DNA of 63,218 bases, filler included. It is 5 parts of 5 records of this genome, joined end to end, with 100 filler letters (N's around TTAATTAATTAA, not from the genome) between each part and the next. Parts side by side here need not be neighbours in the genome. Positions count along the whole stretch, not along the records: positions 36,996 to 51,889 come from SRR31156797_9749; positions 51,990 to 57,805 come from SRR31156797_9765; positions 57,906 to 63,218 come from SRR31156797_9821; 2 more parts are not named here. One strand, given 5' to 3'. The notes beneath the pieces are model-generated. The model saw only the letters and a program-made list of their open reading frames with translations, ran no database searches and had not been told where the DNA came from. The position numbers and the translations under genes are program-made. Shown one piece after another: positions 50,685 to 61,236 of the stretch (its first letter is position 1; the number at the start of each line of letters is the position of its first letter).

Positions 50685-51698
50685 ATGAAAAGATTGCCTG
50701 ACATTTCGATCCGGCTGGGTGCGCTCCATGAAATAATGGACTGTCGAGTAAAGATTCAAATGCTTTTGACTTCAATTGAGCTTGGTATTTTCGATTCTCT
50801 CTCATCTCAAAAATCTCGTGAGGAAATTGCAAATGAGCTTGAGACCAATACCGCGAATACGGGTTTTTTGCTTGACGGCCTGACTGCCGTGGGGCTGCTT
50901 GAAAAAGAGAAGGGGCTTTACCGAAACACAACGGAAACCGAGGCTGCGCTTAACCGCAAGAGTCCCGCTTACATTGGTGAAATGCTTGTGATGATGGATC
51001 AAATGAACGAGGACGTCATTACGCAAATGACGCAACGGGTTCAATTCGGTCCGCCTCCGGTCAGTTCCAATTTTGGAGCCGAAGAGATCTGGGTGCGTTA
51101 TGCCCGCTCCATGGCTAATTACCAGCGGGGCGGCATAGCTCAAAAAATGGCAGGTATCGTATCGAAAATCAAGGGATTCACATCATTTAAAAAAATGCTC
51201 GATCTGGGTGGTGGCCCAGGTTTGTATTGTATCGCCATGGTGGGCGAACATCCGACCATGCGCGGTGTTATCTTTGATCAGCCCGCGGTGGTAAAAGTGT
51301 CTGAAGAATTTATCGCCCAATACCGGATGCAGGACAGAATTACTGTTATGGGCGGTGATTATACAGCGGATTCCATCGGCGAAGGTTATGATTTGATTTG
51401 GGCCAGTGCTACCCTCAATTTTGTGCGACATGATCTGGCCTCCATGTTAAAAAAAATATTCGACGCTTTGGCCCCCGGCGGGGTTTTCATCAGTCTGGCC
51501 GAGGGCGCCACCCATGAACGCACTCAGCCTGTCCCATTTGTTTTGGGGAATTTGGCGTTCACGCTTTCGGGGCAGGACATGATGTTTAACAAGGGCGAAA
51601 TCGCTGTTGCCATGCATGAGTCCGGTTTTTCAACTGTTGAGAACCGGACCGTGGAAACGCCCATGTTGTCGATGGAACTGGATATTGCAAGGAAATGA
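50685..51698 (+). CDS. SAM-dependent O-methyltransferase, paralog of 39398-40420
   Basis: AAGGAG RBS and LDLGGGPG. Shares DLIWASATLNF, ETPM and DIARK with the upstream paralog. Confidence 0.9.
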   Translation: MKRLPDISIRLGALHEIMDCRVKIQMLLTSIELGIFDSLSSQKSREEIANELETNTANTGFLLDGLTAVGLLEKEKGLYRNTTETEAALNRKSPAYIGEMLVMMDQMNEDVITQMTQRVQFGPPPVSSNFGAEEIWVRYARSMANYQRGGIAQKMAGIVSKIKGFTSFKKMLDLGGGPGLYCIAMVGEHPTMRGVIFDQPAVVKVSEEFIAQYRMQDRITVMGGDYTADSIGEGYDLIWASATLNFVRHDLASMLKKIFDALAPGGVFISLAEGATHERTQPVPFVLGNLAFTLSGQDMMFNKGEIAVAMHESGFSTVENRTVETPMLSMELDIARK

Positions 51699-51834
51699 GA
51701 GCAAGGGCTCGTTTAGAAATAATTCCGTAGAATTTTCTCCCGGATTTGGTTGCCGCGATTGAGCGGTGGCCGAAGCCGGGATTGGAAAAAGTGGGTCATC
51801 GCGGATTAGCGTGATTTTGTCATGTTTGCTTTAT

Positions 51835-51884
51835 ATCCCGAAGGGATGTGAGCATATAGCCGGTGGTTAAAACCACCGGCTATA
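51835..51884. repeat. REP-like double palindrome at the contig end
   Basis: ATCCC-GAA-GGGAT followed by the 14-bp stem TATAGCCGGTGGTT-AA-AACCACCGGCTATA. Confidence 0.6.
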
Positions 51885-51889
51885 CGACT

Positions 51890-51989
51890 NNNNNNNNNNN
51901 NNNNNNNNNNNNNNNNNNNNNNNNNNNNNNNNNTTAATTAATTAANNNNNNNNNNNNNNNNNNNNNNNNNNNNNNNNNNNNNNNNNNNN
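51890..51989. other. Artificial contig spacer
   Basis: 44 N + TTAATTAATTAA + 44 N. Confidence 0.98.
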
Positions 51990-52124
51990 ATATGACTGTT
52001 AAAGAGCTGTTTCTCTACTCCAACACAAGGATAAAAGGCTGATTTTAAATACCGATTCTATCGCTTTGCTGTAATAACGCTTCCGGGTAGTGCAATCCCT
52101 CCAAAATTGTGATAAGGTCTTGCC

Positions 52125-53054
52125 ATGAATCTGGAAGTATTTGTACTGGGCACCGGAGGCATGATGCCCCTGCCGAATCGACACCTGACTTCGGTCCTTA
52201 TCAGGCGGGAAGGGGAACTATTCCTCTTTGATGCCGGCGAGGCGACACAGGTCAGTCTGCGAAAACTCAATCTGAAGTGGAAAAAGATTTCAGCCATTTT
52301 TATTTCTCATACCCATGCGGATCATGTCACAGGTCTACCGGGGATACTGATGCTCTCTTCCCAGGTGGACAGGGACGACCCTCTTTATATTTTCGGCCCT
52401 CCCAAAATCCGGGAGTATGTCGAATCCAGCCGCAAGGTTCTTGATATGTATATCAATTACGAAATTGTGATTGTCGAGATAAAAGAACCCGGGGTTATCT
52501 ATGAAGGGGAGGGTTTTTCGGTGCGGTGTTTCACTCTGCGCCATACAAAACCCTGTATAGGCTACTGTCTCGAAGAGAATGAGCGTCCGGGTATCTTTTT
52601 CCCCGAAAAGGCAACGGCTCTGGATGTTCCCAGGGGGCCCCTCTGGGCACAGCTGCAGCAGGGAGAACCGGTGGAAAACAACTCCGGAGAGGTCGTCAAA
52701 CCGGAACAGGTGATGGGAGAGCCGCGACCCGGTAGAAAATTCGGGTTTATTACCGATACGGGAATTGTTCCTGATGTGCATAAAAATGTGGAGGGTGCGG
52801 ACCTGCTTATCTGTGAGGGGATGTTTACCAGTGATCTGGCTGACAGTGCCAAAGAGAAAAAGCATCTGACAGCCGCTCAGGCCGGAGAAATTGCCAAAGC
52901 CGCCGGGGTCGGAAAACTAGGATTGATCCATTACAGCCCGAGGTATGCAAAAAGGGAACTGAATCAGCTTCTTGATGAGGCAAAAGAAGTCTTTCCTGAT
53001 ACTTTTCTGACGAAGGATGGTCAGGAAATCGAGTTGCCCAATAAGGATTCCTAG
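52125..53054 (+). CDS. rnz: Ribonuclease Z
   Basis: VLGTGG..P, FDAGEATQ, SHTHADH metallo-beta-lactamase motif, exosite (VPRGP...G), TDT and HYSPRY. Confidence 0.95.
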   Translation: MNLEVFVLGTGGMMPLPNRHLTSVLIRREGELFLFDAGEATQVSLRKLNLKWKKISAIFISHTHADHVTGLPGILMLSSQVDRDDPLYIFGPPKIREYVESSRKVLDMYINYEIVIVEIKEPGVIYEGEGFSVRCFTLRHTKPCIGYCLEENERPGIFFPEKATALDVPRGPLWAQLQQGEPVENNSGEVVKPEQVMGEPRPGRKFGFITDTGIVPDVHKNVEGADLLICEGMFTSDLADSAKEKKHLTAAQAGEIAKAAGVGKLGLIHYSPRYAKRELNQLLDEAKEVFPDTFLTKDGQEIELPNKDS

Positions 53055-53090
53055 GCCTTCGGTCGAGAACTTATCTGGACAGATAGAGGC

Positions 53091-54311
53091 TCAGCGGCCT
53101 TTCTGGGCAACGACCTGACGATATTTCCGGGGGGATATCCTGAAGAGGAGAATTCCTCCGTTCTTATCAGACTGGGCACGCTTCAGGGAGCTGGAGGCTT
53201 CGAGGAGAAGTCTGTCACCCTTCAGCAGACGGCCGCTCCTGGAGCTGACTCCGGCGCAGAATTTCTGATTTTCTACAAACCCCGCCTTTTCTATCTTCAA
53301 CTGAAATCCTTCAATTTCTGCTACACTCGATTCAATATCAGTATTGGGAATAATGACGGCGCAGCTGTTTTCCTTATAATCAAAGACGAGATCCTTATAG
53401 GGAAAAGATTCGTTAACAATCTTTATAAACTCTTTGGCTGTAGCAGATGTGAGTCCGAGGAAACTGAAGATCATTAAAACAAGATCCTGATCAAAAGAGG
53501 CTGAACGGATCAGCTCCTGATCCAGTTTATCATTCAGCAGGTCCTCTTTAATAAAACCGGTGATTTCCGAATAGATACAGTATCCGGATTTCTTTTCCTC
53601 TTGTATTTCCGGTTCGGGTACCGGCGGCGGATTATCAGCAGGAGGTTCAGGGGGCGTGACCGCTGACGGCACAGGTTCGGTTGAGGCTTTCACACCAGGA
53701 GTTGCGGACGGCTTATGGGCCGGAGGCTGGGAAGCTTCAGATTCTTCCTCGATTTTTCGGCTTCCGTTGTCAGAAAAAATCAGGGCAAAAATGGTAAATA
53801 CAAGAAGTGCTGCCACAATAAAAAAGAGGGTCAGACTGAGTTTATAATTCGCCGGGGTCATCGAGCGGCCGAAACCCGTTTCGATCTTGAGTGTTTCCGG
53901 AATATTGACAAGATTGAGATCACGTCTCTGGAAAATCTCACCTTCCGCATCATCGGTATAGGGGATCTCTCCTTTCCATTTCAAAGGATCCAGCAGTTCA
54001 GATTTAACAATTCCGTGAGAAGCGGTTTTCAGATAATAGATGCCATTTTCCCGTGAGTAGAGACTCAGGGAGAAGAGCGTCGGATATTTCCTGAAAAATG
54101 CAGCTGAAAGGGCTTTAAATTCCTCTGTTTCCGGTGTGTATCCCTTGTTGAGAGCAAGGGTTATATCGGCTGCAATCCGGTCGGCTGCGGAATCGGACTG
54201 AACGATGAGATCCGAGCCGTTATCTATATAAATAAGAATAGCGCCGAGTAAGGCGACAATCATTAAAAGGGACGAAAATATAATTATGAATCGATAGAAA
54301 TATTTATTCAT
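53091..54311 (-). CDS. Membrane protein: 2 TMs, Pro-rich linker and a degenerate GGDEF-like C-terminal domain
   Basis: Start reset to ATG 54311 to avoid overlap with the divergent gene. C-terminal YSEITG...L...ELIRS...DL.L and AGVSSRSGR resemble a GGDEF fold lacking the signature. Confidence 0.65.
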   Translation of the reverse strand: MNKYFYRFIIIFSSLLMIVALLGAILIYIDNGSDLIVQSDSAADRIAADITLALNKGYTPETEEFKALSAAFFRKYPTLFSLSLYSRENGIYYLKTASHGIVKSELLDPLKWKGEIPYTDDAEGEIFQRRDLNLVNIPETLKIETGFGRSMTPANYKLSLTLFFIVAALLVFTIFALIFSDNGSRKIEEESEASQPPAHKPSATPGVKASTEPVPSAVTPPEPPADNPPPVPEPEIQEEKKSGYCIYSEITGFIKEDLLNDKLDQELIRSASFDQDLVLMIFSFLGLTSATAKEFIKIVNESFPYKDLVFDYKENSCAVIIPNTDIESSVAEIEGFQLKIEKAGFVENQKFCAGVSSRSGRLLKGDRLLLEASSSLKRAQSDKNGGILLFRISPRKYRQVVAQKGR

Positions 54312-54392
54312 CTTAATATTATAACCGCATTTATGAGGTTTTGTGTACTCACTTTTTCCAAATTGATCTAAAATTAAGAGGGAGGTGGTTCC

Positions 54393-55223
54393 ATGAAGGT
54401 ACGAAAGCGCGTTTTGCCGGAAGGGTGGTATCCGGCGACAGAATATGAGGCTGCCCGACAGTTGGATTTGTGGAAATTGAGACCCGGGGGAGCGGGGACG
54501 GGACTGGCCGGTGTTGTTCCCCATGCGGGCTGGTATTTTTCAGGAATCCTCGCGGCCGATGTCATCCGTCAAATGAGTGGGGATGCTGATACGGTCGTTG
54601 TGGCGGGAGGACACCTGCCCCCTGGGGCACCTCTGACGCTTGCTCTTGAAGAGGGATTTCAGGTACCGGGAGATTTTCTGGAAGCAGACAGGATACTTGT
54701 GGAGCAGATTCGGAATGAGATGACAGCCGTTGCCGATAAATACCGGGACAATACCGTTGAAATCCAGCTGCCCTTTGTCAAACGGCGCTGGCCCCGGGCG
54801 AAGACGCTTTGGATCCGCGTTCCTCCCGATTCAACAGCCGTTGAACTGGCCGACCTGATCTTTGATTATGAGAGAAAATCAGATAAAAAAGTCGTCGTAA
54901 TCGGATCAACGGATCTGACCCATTATGGACCGAACTATGGTTTTTCACCCGCCGGTTCGGGTGCTGAGGCTCTGCATTGGGTGAAGGAAGTCAATGATGC
55001 GGGGATTCTCGATGCAATGACCCGGATGGATGTTGAATCCATTCTGAAACAGGGTAACGAAAATAAGGCTGCCTGTTCATCAGGAGCCGCCGCCTTTGCC
55101 GCCGCCTGGGCCTCCTTGAAAGGGGTTAGGAGGGGAAGGCGAGTTGATTACTACACCAGTGCCGATGTTATGCCGGGTGAATCCTTCGTCGGATACGGGG
55201 GAATACTTTACGAACCGGATTGA
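54393..55223 (+). CDS. AmmeMemoRadiSam system protein B (Memo-like)
   Basis: GWYP, VPHAGWYFSG, EIQLPF, STDLTHYG, AC..GA and VGYGG; GGAGG RBS. Confidence 0.9.
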   Translation: MKVRKRVLPEGWYPATEYEAARQLDLWKLRPGGAGTGLAGVVPHAGWYFSGILAADVIRQMSGDADTVVVAGGHLPPGAPLTLALEEGFQVPGDFLEADRILVEQIRNEMTAVADKYRDNTVEIQLPFVKRRWPRAKTLWIRVPPDSTAVELADLIFDYERKSDKKVVVIGSTDLTHYGPNYGFSPAGSGAEALHWVKEVNDAGILDAMTRMDVESILKQGNENKAACSSGAAAFAAAWASLKGVRRGRRVDYYTSADVMPGESFVGYGGILYEPD

Positions 55224-55244
55224 TAAGTCGGTAAGAATCTTTAT

Positions 55245-56906
55245 TCAGATGTAACGTTCCAACGCCTCCATCGTCCACTTATATGCCCTCTGCAGTATCT
55301 CTTTTGTATCCGCTCCGGTTTTGGATTGCTGCTTTCTGATGGACGCAGCGGCGGGAAGGAGGGTCAGCCAGAGGGACCGGTTATCGGGAGAAATCTGCTC
55401 AAAGTATCCGGCCAGGGGGTTGGAAGGTTCGGGAAGGGCTTTCAGCCGCGAGTGGTAGGAGCGAAGAAAAAGATTCCATTTTTCAGTAACCGGACCGGAA
55501 CCGAAGAAAGTCGTCGTTTTACCGGAATCAGAGTAGGAAGCCGGGGGAGAGGAAAACTCATTCTCCCGGGGAGTGTAGGGAGAGAGATTCCTTATCCTGA
55601 TGTTCTTCCCGGAAAAGGACGCCGTCAGCCGATTACGGTATTCATTCAGAGTATAGGTAGCATAGATTGTTTCACTCTCATTTCTGTGCTCCTCAATCTG
55701 TTTATTATGAAAAACAAAATCGTAGAAAAGAGATTCCGCACGGTTGGTTTTATTTGAAAATGAGTGAAAGTGGGGATAAATATAGGTTCCACGGGCATAG
55801 GATTTACCTGCAGGGTAGCAGAAATCGGCTCCAAGGATATCAATCTCCCGGGCTCCGAGATGTTCAGCCAGTGACATGGCCGCATGGGTCACATTTCCCC
55901 CGGAAGTATCGATGAAGGGAAAACTCCTCCAGTAACGGTTGATATAGATCGAAAAGGGATGGCCGCTGGTGAAAAAGAAGGGGGTATCGGTGATCCTTGT
56001 CAGACCGGGCGGTGAGGCGAGATCCAGAACAAGAGGGATAGAACGATCGAAACCGGACAGAAAGTGGTGGTAGGATATATGTTGACAATCGATGGATATG
56101 ACAATATCGGGCCTGATTCCCCGTTTCATCAGGGCGGGATACGTGGTATCTGTGGCTATCAGATAGGCACTTTCCCTGTCGAAAGAGTCCAGGCTGGATT
56201 CCAGTGAAGGTCCTGCCGCCGTGATGACAGCCCGTGAAATCGGATTTAAAATGGCCGTGACTTTTTCAGCCCTTTTCAGATTCGTCAGAGTATTGATAAA
56301 CCATTTTTTTCCAAATGAGGTCTGGACTGTGAAATCATCGGCCAGCGATCCCAGGGTTTCTTTTACCGTTGAGAAAATGCTGCTGAAGTAGTGATCATCA
56401 AGATCAATGCGGCTGCGCAAAGGTATAACCTGGATATCGCCGGTAAGGACAGGGAAACAGTGGGAAAGAAGATAATCCCTTACAGCCACCGGATCCGAAT
56501 CGATAAGGAAATGAACCCTGGGGTCCAGAATGATCTTACGCAGATCCCGGGAGTGGAGCTGAGCCTTCAGATAGCCGAGATTGCTGTCAATGATCAGAAT
56601 ATTATTAACACTCTCCCTTTTAAGGAAGGGTTCGATCTGATAGCCGCAGCCGAAGCCCAGAAAAATTATATAACCCCCGGAAGGATACTCCGCCGCAAAC
56701 TTCGACGCCTCTTTCAGAGGGTTGAATGTGGAATGGAGGGGGAAATCCCTCTCAGGTGTCCGGATAACGGGAACCGGCAGGCCATTGCGGGATTCCTTGA
56801 AATAAACATCCTCTGAAACCGGTGCGGATGAAAGTCGTGAAGAGAGCCGTGATTCCCTTGTAGAGAGGGCCAGCAGGTTGCGTGTGAGTCTTTCAGAATA
56901 GATCAA
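55245..56906 (-). CDS. Maf-like motility-associated factor / flagellin glycosyltransferase (MAF_flag10/DUF115)
   Basis: LHSTFNPLKEA, GFGCGY, WFIN..N, AAGPSL, PDIVISID, GGNV and LGADF motifs. Confidence 0.8.
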   Translation of the reverse strand: MIYSERLTRNLLALSTRESRLSSRLSSAPVSEDVYFKESRNGLPVPVIRTPERDFPLHSTFNPLKEASKFAAEYPSGGYIIFLGFGCGYQIEPFLKRESVNNILIIDSNLGYLKAQLHSRDLRKIILDPRVHFLIDSDPVAVRDYLLSHCFPVLTGDIQVIPLRSRIDLDDHYFSSIFSTVKETLGSLADDFTVQTSFGKKWFINTLTNLKRAEKVTAILNPISRAVITAAGPSLESSLDSFDRESAYLIATDTTYPALMKRGIRPDIVISIDCQHISYHHFLSGFDRSIPLVLDLASPPGLTRITDTPFFFTSGHPFSIYINRYWRSFPFIDTSGGNVTHAAMSLAEHLGAREIDILGADFCYPAGKSYARGTYIYPHFHSFSNKTNRAESLFYDFVFHNKQIEEHRNESETIYATYTLNEYRNRLTASFSGKNIRIRNLSPYTPRENEFSSPPASYSDSGKTTTFFGSGPVTEKWNLFLRSYHSRLKALPEPSNPLAGYFEQISPDNRSLWLTLLPAAASIRKQQSKTGADTKEILQRAYKWTMEALERYI

Positions 56907-57805
56907 AGCGCAATTTCCTCCCTGAAGTTGTGTAAAATCTCTTTCATGGTTGCCAAAAGATTTGTTGTTTCTGTATCCTTTTCTCCCTGTTCAAGGGAGG
57001 GCCATTCTTTTTTCAACCGGAGCAATGGGTAAGGAGCCAAATGCAGCATCATTTCTTCCAAAGGGTTATTCTGAAAAAAATCTTCTGTCCGGAAAGGCCG
57101 TTCAATAATAAAACTGTCTATCTCTTTAAGCCAGGCGGAAAGAACCAGGGCTGTAGTATTTTTCCGTTCTGAAAGATCCTTTCCGGGGAGGAGGGATTTA
57201 TACTCTATCTTTCCTTTGGAATAGGAGTTTATCATATCGGAAGCTTCATTGGTTGATAGATCGGGGATTTCTCCAAGAGAAATGCGGGTTGGTGTCAGCC
57301 TGAAAACTCTCGATTGTATCTTCCCCGAAAAACGCTTAATCCATCCGGAATAGGTTTTGAGAGGAGGTGCCTGTTCCTTTCCATCAGTCCCGGAGCGTTC
57401 GACCATGGTTCCCAGGAGGGGTGAGACGCGACTCGCTTCGGAGCGGAAGAGGGACATAAAAGCGTTGGGAAGGGTATGAGTCAGTATGTCCTGATGCAGA
57501 AAATCATAGCCCGCCAGAAAGAGGGGAGAAGATGATGTGAGTCTAAACGCCAGAAAGAGGGCGGAGATAGCCACTGTTCCCGCAGGCGGGATGGATGGGA
57601 TCTTATCGGAAAACTCTTTTAGAAGAGATTTTTCAATAAGACTATCCTGCGAAAAAAGGAGAACCGGACCATCGTAATTCCAGATACTCCGACATGCAGT
57701 CAGAGGCATGGCTATGGGGATGGCCCTTTCTGAAAGACTTCTGAGGTGATGGGTCGCATAAAAGCCAGGATCGGTCTGTACTATCATATCTGGAACAATG
57801 TCCGC
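56903..57805 (-). CDS. Second Maf-like protein, 5'-truncated
   Basis: PDMIVQTDPG, GTV..SA and LAGYDF resemble the Maf domain. The stop overlaps the next gene's start and the frame runs to the contig end. Confidence 0.65.
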   Translation of the reverse strand, partial: ADIVPDMIVQTDPGFYATHHLRSLSERAIPIAMPLTACRSIWNYDGPVLLFSQDSLIEKSLLKEFSDKIPSIPPAGTVAISALFLAFRLTSSSPLFLAGYDFLHQDILTHTLPNAFMSLFRSEASRVSPLLGTMVERSGTDGKEQAPPLKTYSGWIKRFSGKIQSRVFRLTPTRISLGEIPDLSTNEASDMINSYSKGKIEYKSLLPGKDLSERKNTTALVLSAWLKEIDSFIIERPFRTEDFFQNNPLEEMMLHLAPYPLLRLKKEWPSLEQGEKDTETTNLLATMKEILHNFREEIAL

Positions 57806-57905
57806 NNNNNNNNNNNNNNNNNNNNNNNNNNNNNNNNNNNNNNNNNNNNTTAATTAATTAANNNNNNNNNNNNNNNNNNNNNNNNNNNNNNNNNNNNNNN
57901 NNNNN
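57806..57905. other. Artificial contig spacer
   Basis: 44 N + TTAATTAATTAA + 44 N. Confidence 0.98.
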
Positions 57906-57907
57906 AA

Positions 57908-58519
57908 GAAAAGATCTCACTTGTAGGCAACATAATGATAGACTCTCTTGAAATGATGCGAAAAGAAATTCTACAGGAAAAAGCACCTGAAAAGTACAGC
58001 TTAACAAAAAAAGAATACGGTGTTGTAACTTTTCATCGACCTTCCAATGTTGATCATAAAGAAAAGCTGAAAAACATAATTCGGATTCTTGATAAAATAA
58101 ACGAGAAAATCCCCGTTGTCTTCCCAGTTCATCCTAGAACTCTAAAAAATATTAATAAGTTCGGACTTCAAGACCTATTTGAAAAAGCTGGATTTCTAAA
58201 ACTTGAACCACTAAACTACAAAACATTCATGAGCCTTGTCTTTGATTCAAAATTTGTTATCACTGATAGCGGTGGTATTCAAGAGGAAACAACGTATCTC
58301 GGAACCCCGTGTTTAACTGTTAGAGACAACACTGAAAGACCTGTTACTATTTGGGAAGGAACAAATATTCTTGTAAAAATCGAGGAAATCTATGAAAACT
58401 TCTTAAATATTGAAAATCAGAAATTCAAAAAAGGTAAAATCCCAAAGTTCTGGGATGGAAAAACTGCGAACCGAGTAAGGGATCAGTTACTCCTAATTAA
58501 TGAAAGAATGTTTTTATAA
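57908..58519 (+). CDS. wecB: UDP-N-acetylglucosamine 2-epimerase (non-hydrolysing), 5'-truncated
   Basis: VGNIMID, TFHRPSNVD, FPVHPRT, TDSGGIQEE, R.NTERP and WDG. Confidence 0.93.
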   Translation, partial: EKISLVGNIMIDSLEMMRKEILQEKAPEKYSLTKKEYGVVTFHRPSNVDHKEKLKNIIRILDKINEKIPVVFPVHPRTLKNINKFGLQDLFEKAGFLKLEPLNYKTFMSLVFDSKFVITDSGGIQEETTYLGTPCLTVRDNTERPVTIWEGTNILVKIEEIYENFLNIENQKFKKGKIPKFWDGKTANRVRDQLLLINERMFL

Positions 58520-59928
58520 AAACCTTTCTCCATTATCAGCAAGCTAACAGAATAAACTACAACTCCAATTATTACACCCAAAAGAAGTTGAAAATGAATT
58601 CCAGATATTATTTTCGACCTTGTAAACAAAAAAACTAATAGAAACATAACAAAACTATATAGCATGGGTTGAAAAACCATCTTTGTGAACTCTTTTATAC
58701 CAGAGTCTATCATTTTCTTTACCATAAAGGGATAGCTAAGAAACATAAATATAAACTGTGTCGCAAAAACAGACCATGCCAGAGGAATTAATCCAAAATA
58801 GGCAGCAACCGAAACAAAAATTGTTTTTATAACCAATTGTAGCACTGACCATTTAAATCCCACTTTCATTTTACCAGTTGGAACTTGCAGAATCGTTGTT
58901 GAATACCAGACACTTTTAAAAACTTCAGATATCGCAAGGATCTGAATAAGTGGAATTATCATTAACCATTTCTCACCATAGACTAATTTTACAAAAGGAT
59001 CTGCAACAGCTGAAATCCCAAAAAGAATAGGAAAAACTAGTAAAAAGTAGTACCTATTAATTTTGAAAAAAGTATTCCTCAATTGCCCCGCAGTATCCCG
59101 ACATTTACATAATAGAGGAATTGTAACTTTATGAATCATTGGATGAAGCTGCCCGACAGGCTTAACAACTAAGCTGTAGGTGATATTATAGTAACCTAAG
59201 GACTCCGTTCCTAGCAGTTTCCCAATAAGTATTTTCTCAACATTAGTTGAAAAATAACTCATTGTTTTTGACCCAAACCGGTATAGTCCAAAGGAAAAAT
59301 ATTTTTTAAATGTGTTTACGTCAAAAACGAACTCAATAGAAAACAAATTTCTTGAGAAAAATGCTGAAACCAACAGTCTTAAAAAAGCTCCTAATACTGT
59401 ACCGTATACTATTGAGTAAACCCCAAACCCATAAACAGCAAGCAGTATAACAAATACTTTTTCAGAAAACATGCATACTGTCTCAACAATTGATACCTGC
59501 TTAAAGGATAGATCGCGCCGAAGAAGTGCAATGAAAATTCCGCTAGGTGTAAACAGAAAAATCAATGACAGCACCTGCACCACTCGCTCCATTGAGGGTT
59601 CTTTGAAAAACAACGCAAATATCGGTGAAAAAATAAAACATAAAAACATGAGTAAAATACCTACACCAAAAGATAGCCAGAGAAAAGTCATTGTCTTTTC
59701 ATTATCCAGATTCTTCTCATGTAAAATAGCCTCAAAAAAACCAAAATCTGAAAAAAGTTTTGCAAAAGATATAACTATCATTGATAGACCAAATAGACCA
59801 AAATCATATGGCGACAGTATTCGAGCTAATATAATTGTCCCGATAAACTGCATTATTGATACTGAAACTGACGCAAAGCTATTCCATTTAATGCTTGAGA
59901 TAGCTTTCTTTTTTAGGTTTTTTTCCAT
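58483..59928 (-). CDS. Wzx/PST-family polysaccharide flippase
   Basis: LKKKAISSIKW, ILARILSP.DFG, IGKLLG..SLGYY and YGEKW motifs; about 12-14 TMs. Confidence 0.9.
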   Translation of the reverse strand: MEKNLKKKAISSIKWNSFASVSVSIMQFIGTIILARILSPYDFGLFGLSMIVISFAKLFSDFGFFEAILHEKNLDNEKTMTFLWLSFGVGILLMFLCFIFSPIFALFFKEPSMERVVQVLSLIFLFTPSGIFIALLRRDLSFKQVSIVETVCMFSEKVFVILLAVYGFGVYSIVYGTVLGAFLRLLVSAFFSRNLFSIEFVFDVNTFKKYFSFGLYRFGSKTMSYFSTNVEKILIGKLLGTESLGYYNITYSLVVKPVGQLHPMIHKVTIPLLCKCRDTAGQLRNTFFKINRYYFLLVFPILFGISAVADPFVKLVYGEKWLMIIPLIQILAISEVFKSVWYSTTILQVPTGKMKVGFKWSVLQLVIKTIFVSVAAYFGLIPLAWSVFATQFIFMFLSYPFMVKKMIDSGIKEFTKMVFQPMLYSFVMFLLVFLFTRSKIISGIHFQLLLGVIIGVVVYSVSLLIMEKGFYKNILSLIRSN

Positions 59929-59940
59929 TCAGAGGTTTGA

Positions 59941-61204
<1,264 letters not shown>

Positions 61205-61236
61205 TAAAACTGGACGCAAGAATTGACATTTATTAG

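Noticed and set aside
36996-51889. Linking the Ttp-type TonB cassette to the adjacent Vibrio contig
   Set aside because: Separated by an artificial spacer, with clearly different GC and codon style.
54312-54524. N-terminal 71 aa of the 477-aa ORF
   Set aside because: Overlaps the divergent Memo-like gene. The TM-bearing protein plausibly starts at ATG 54311.
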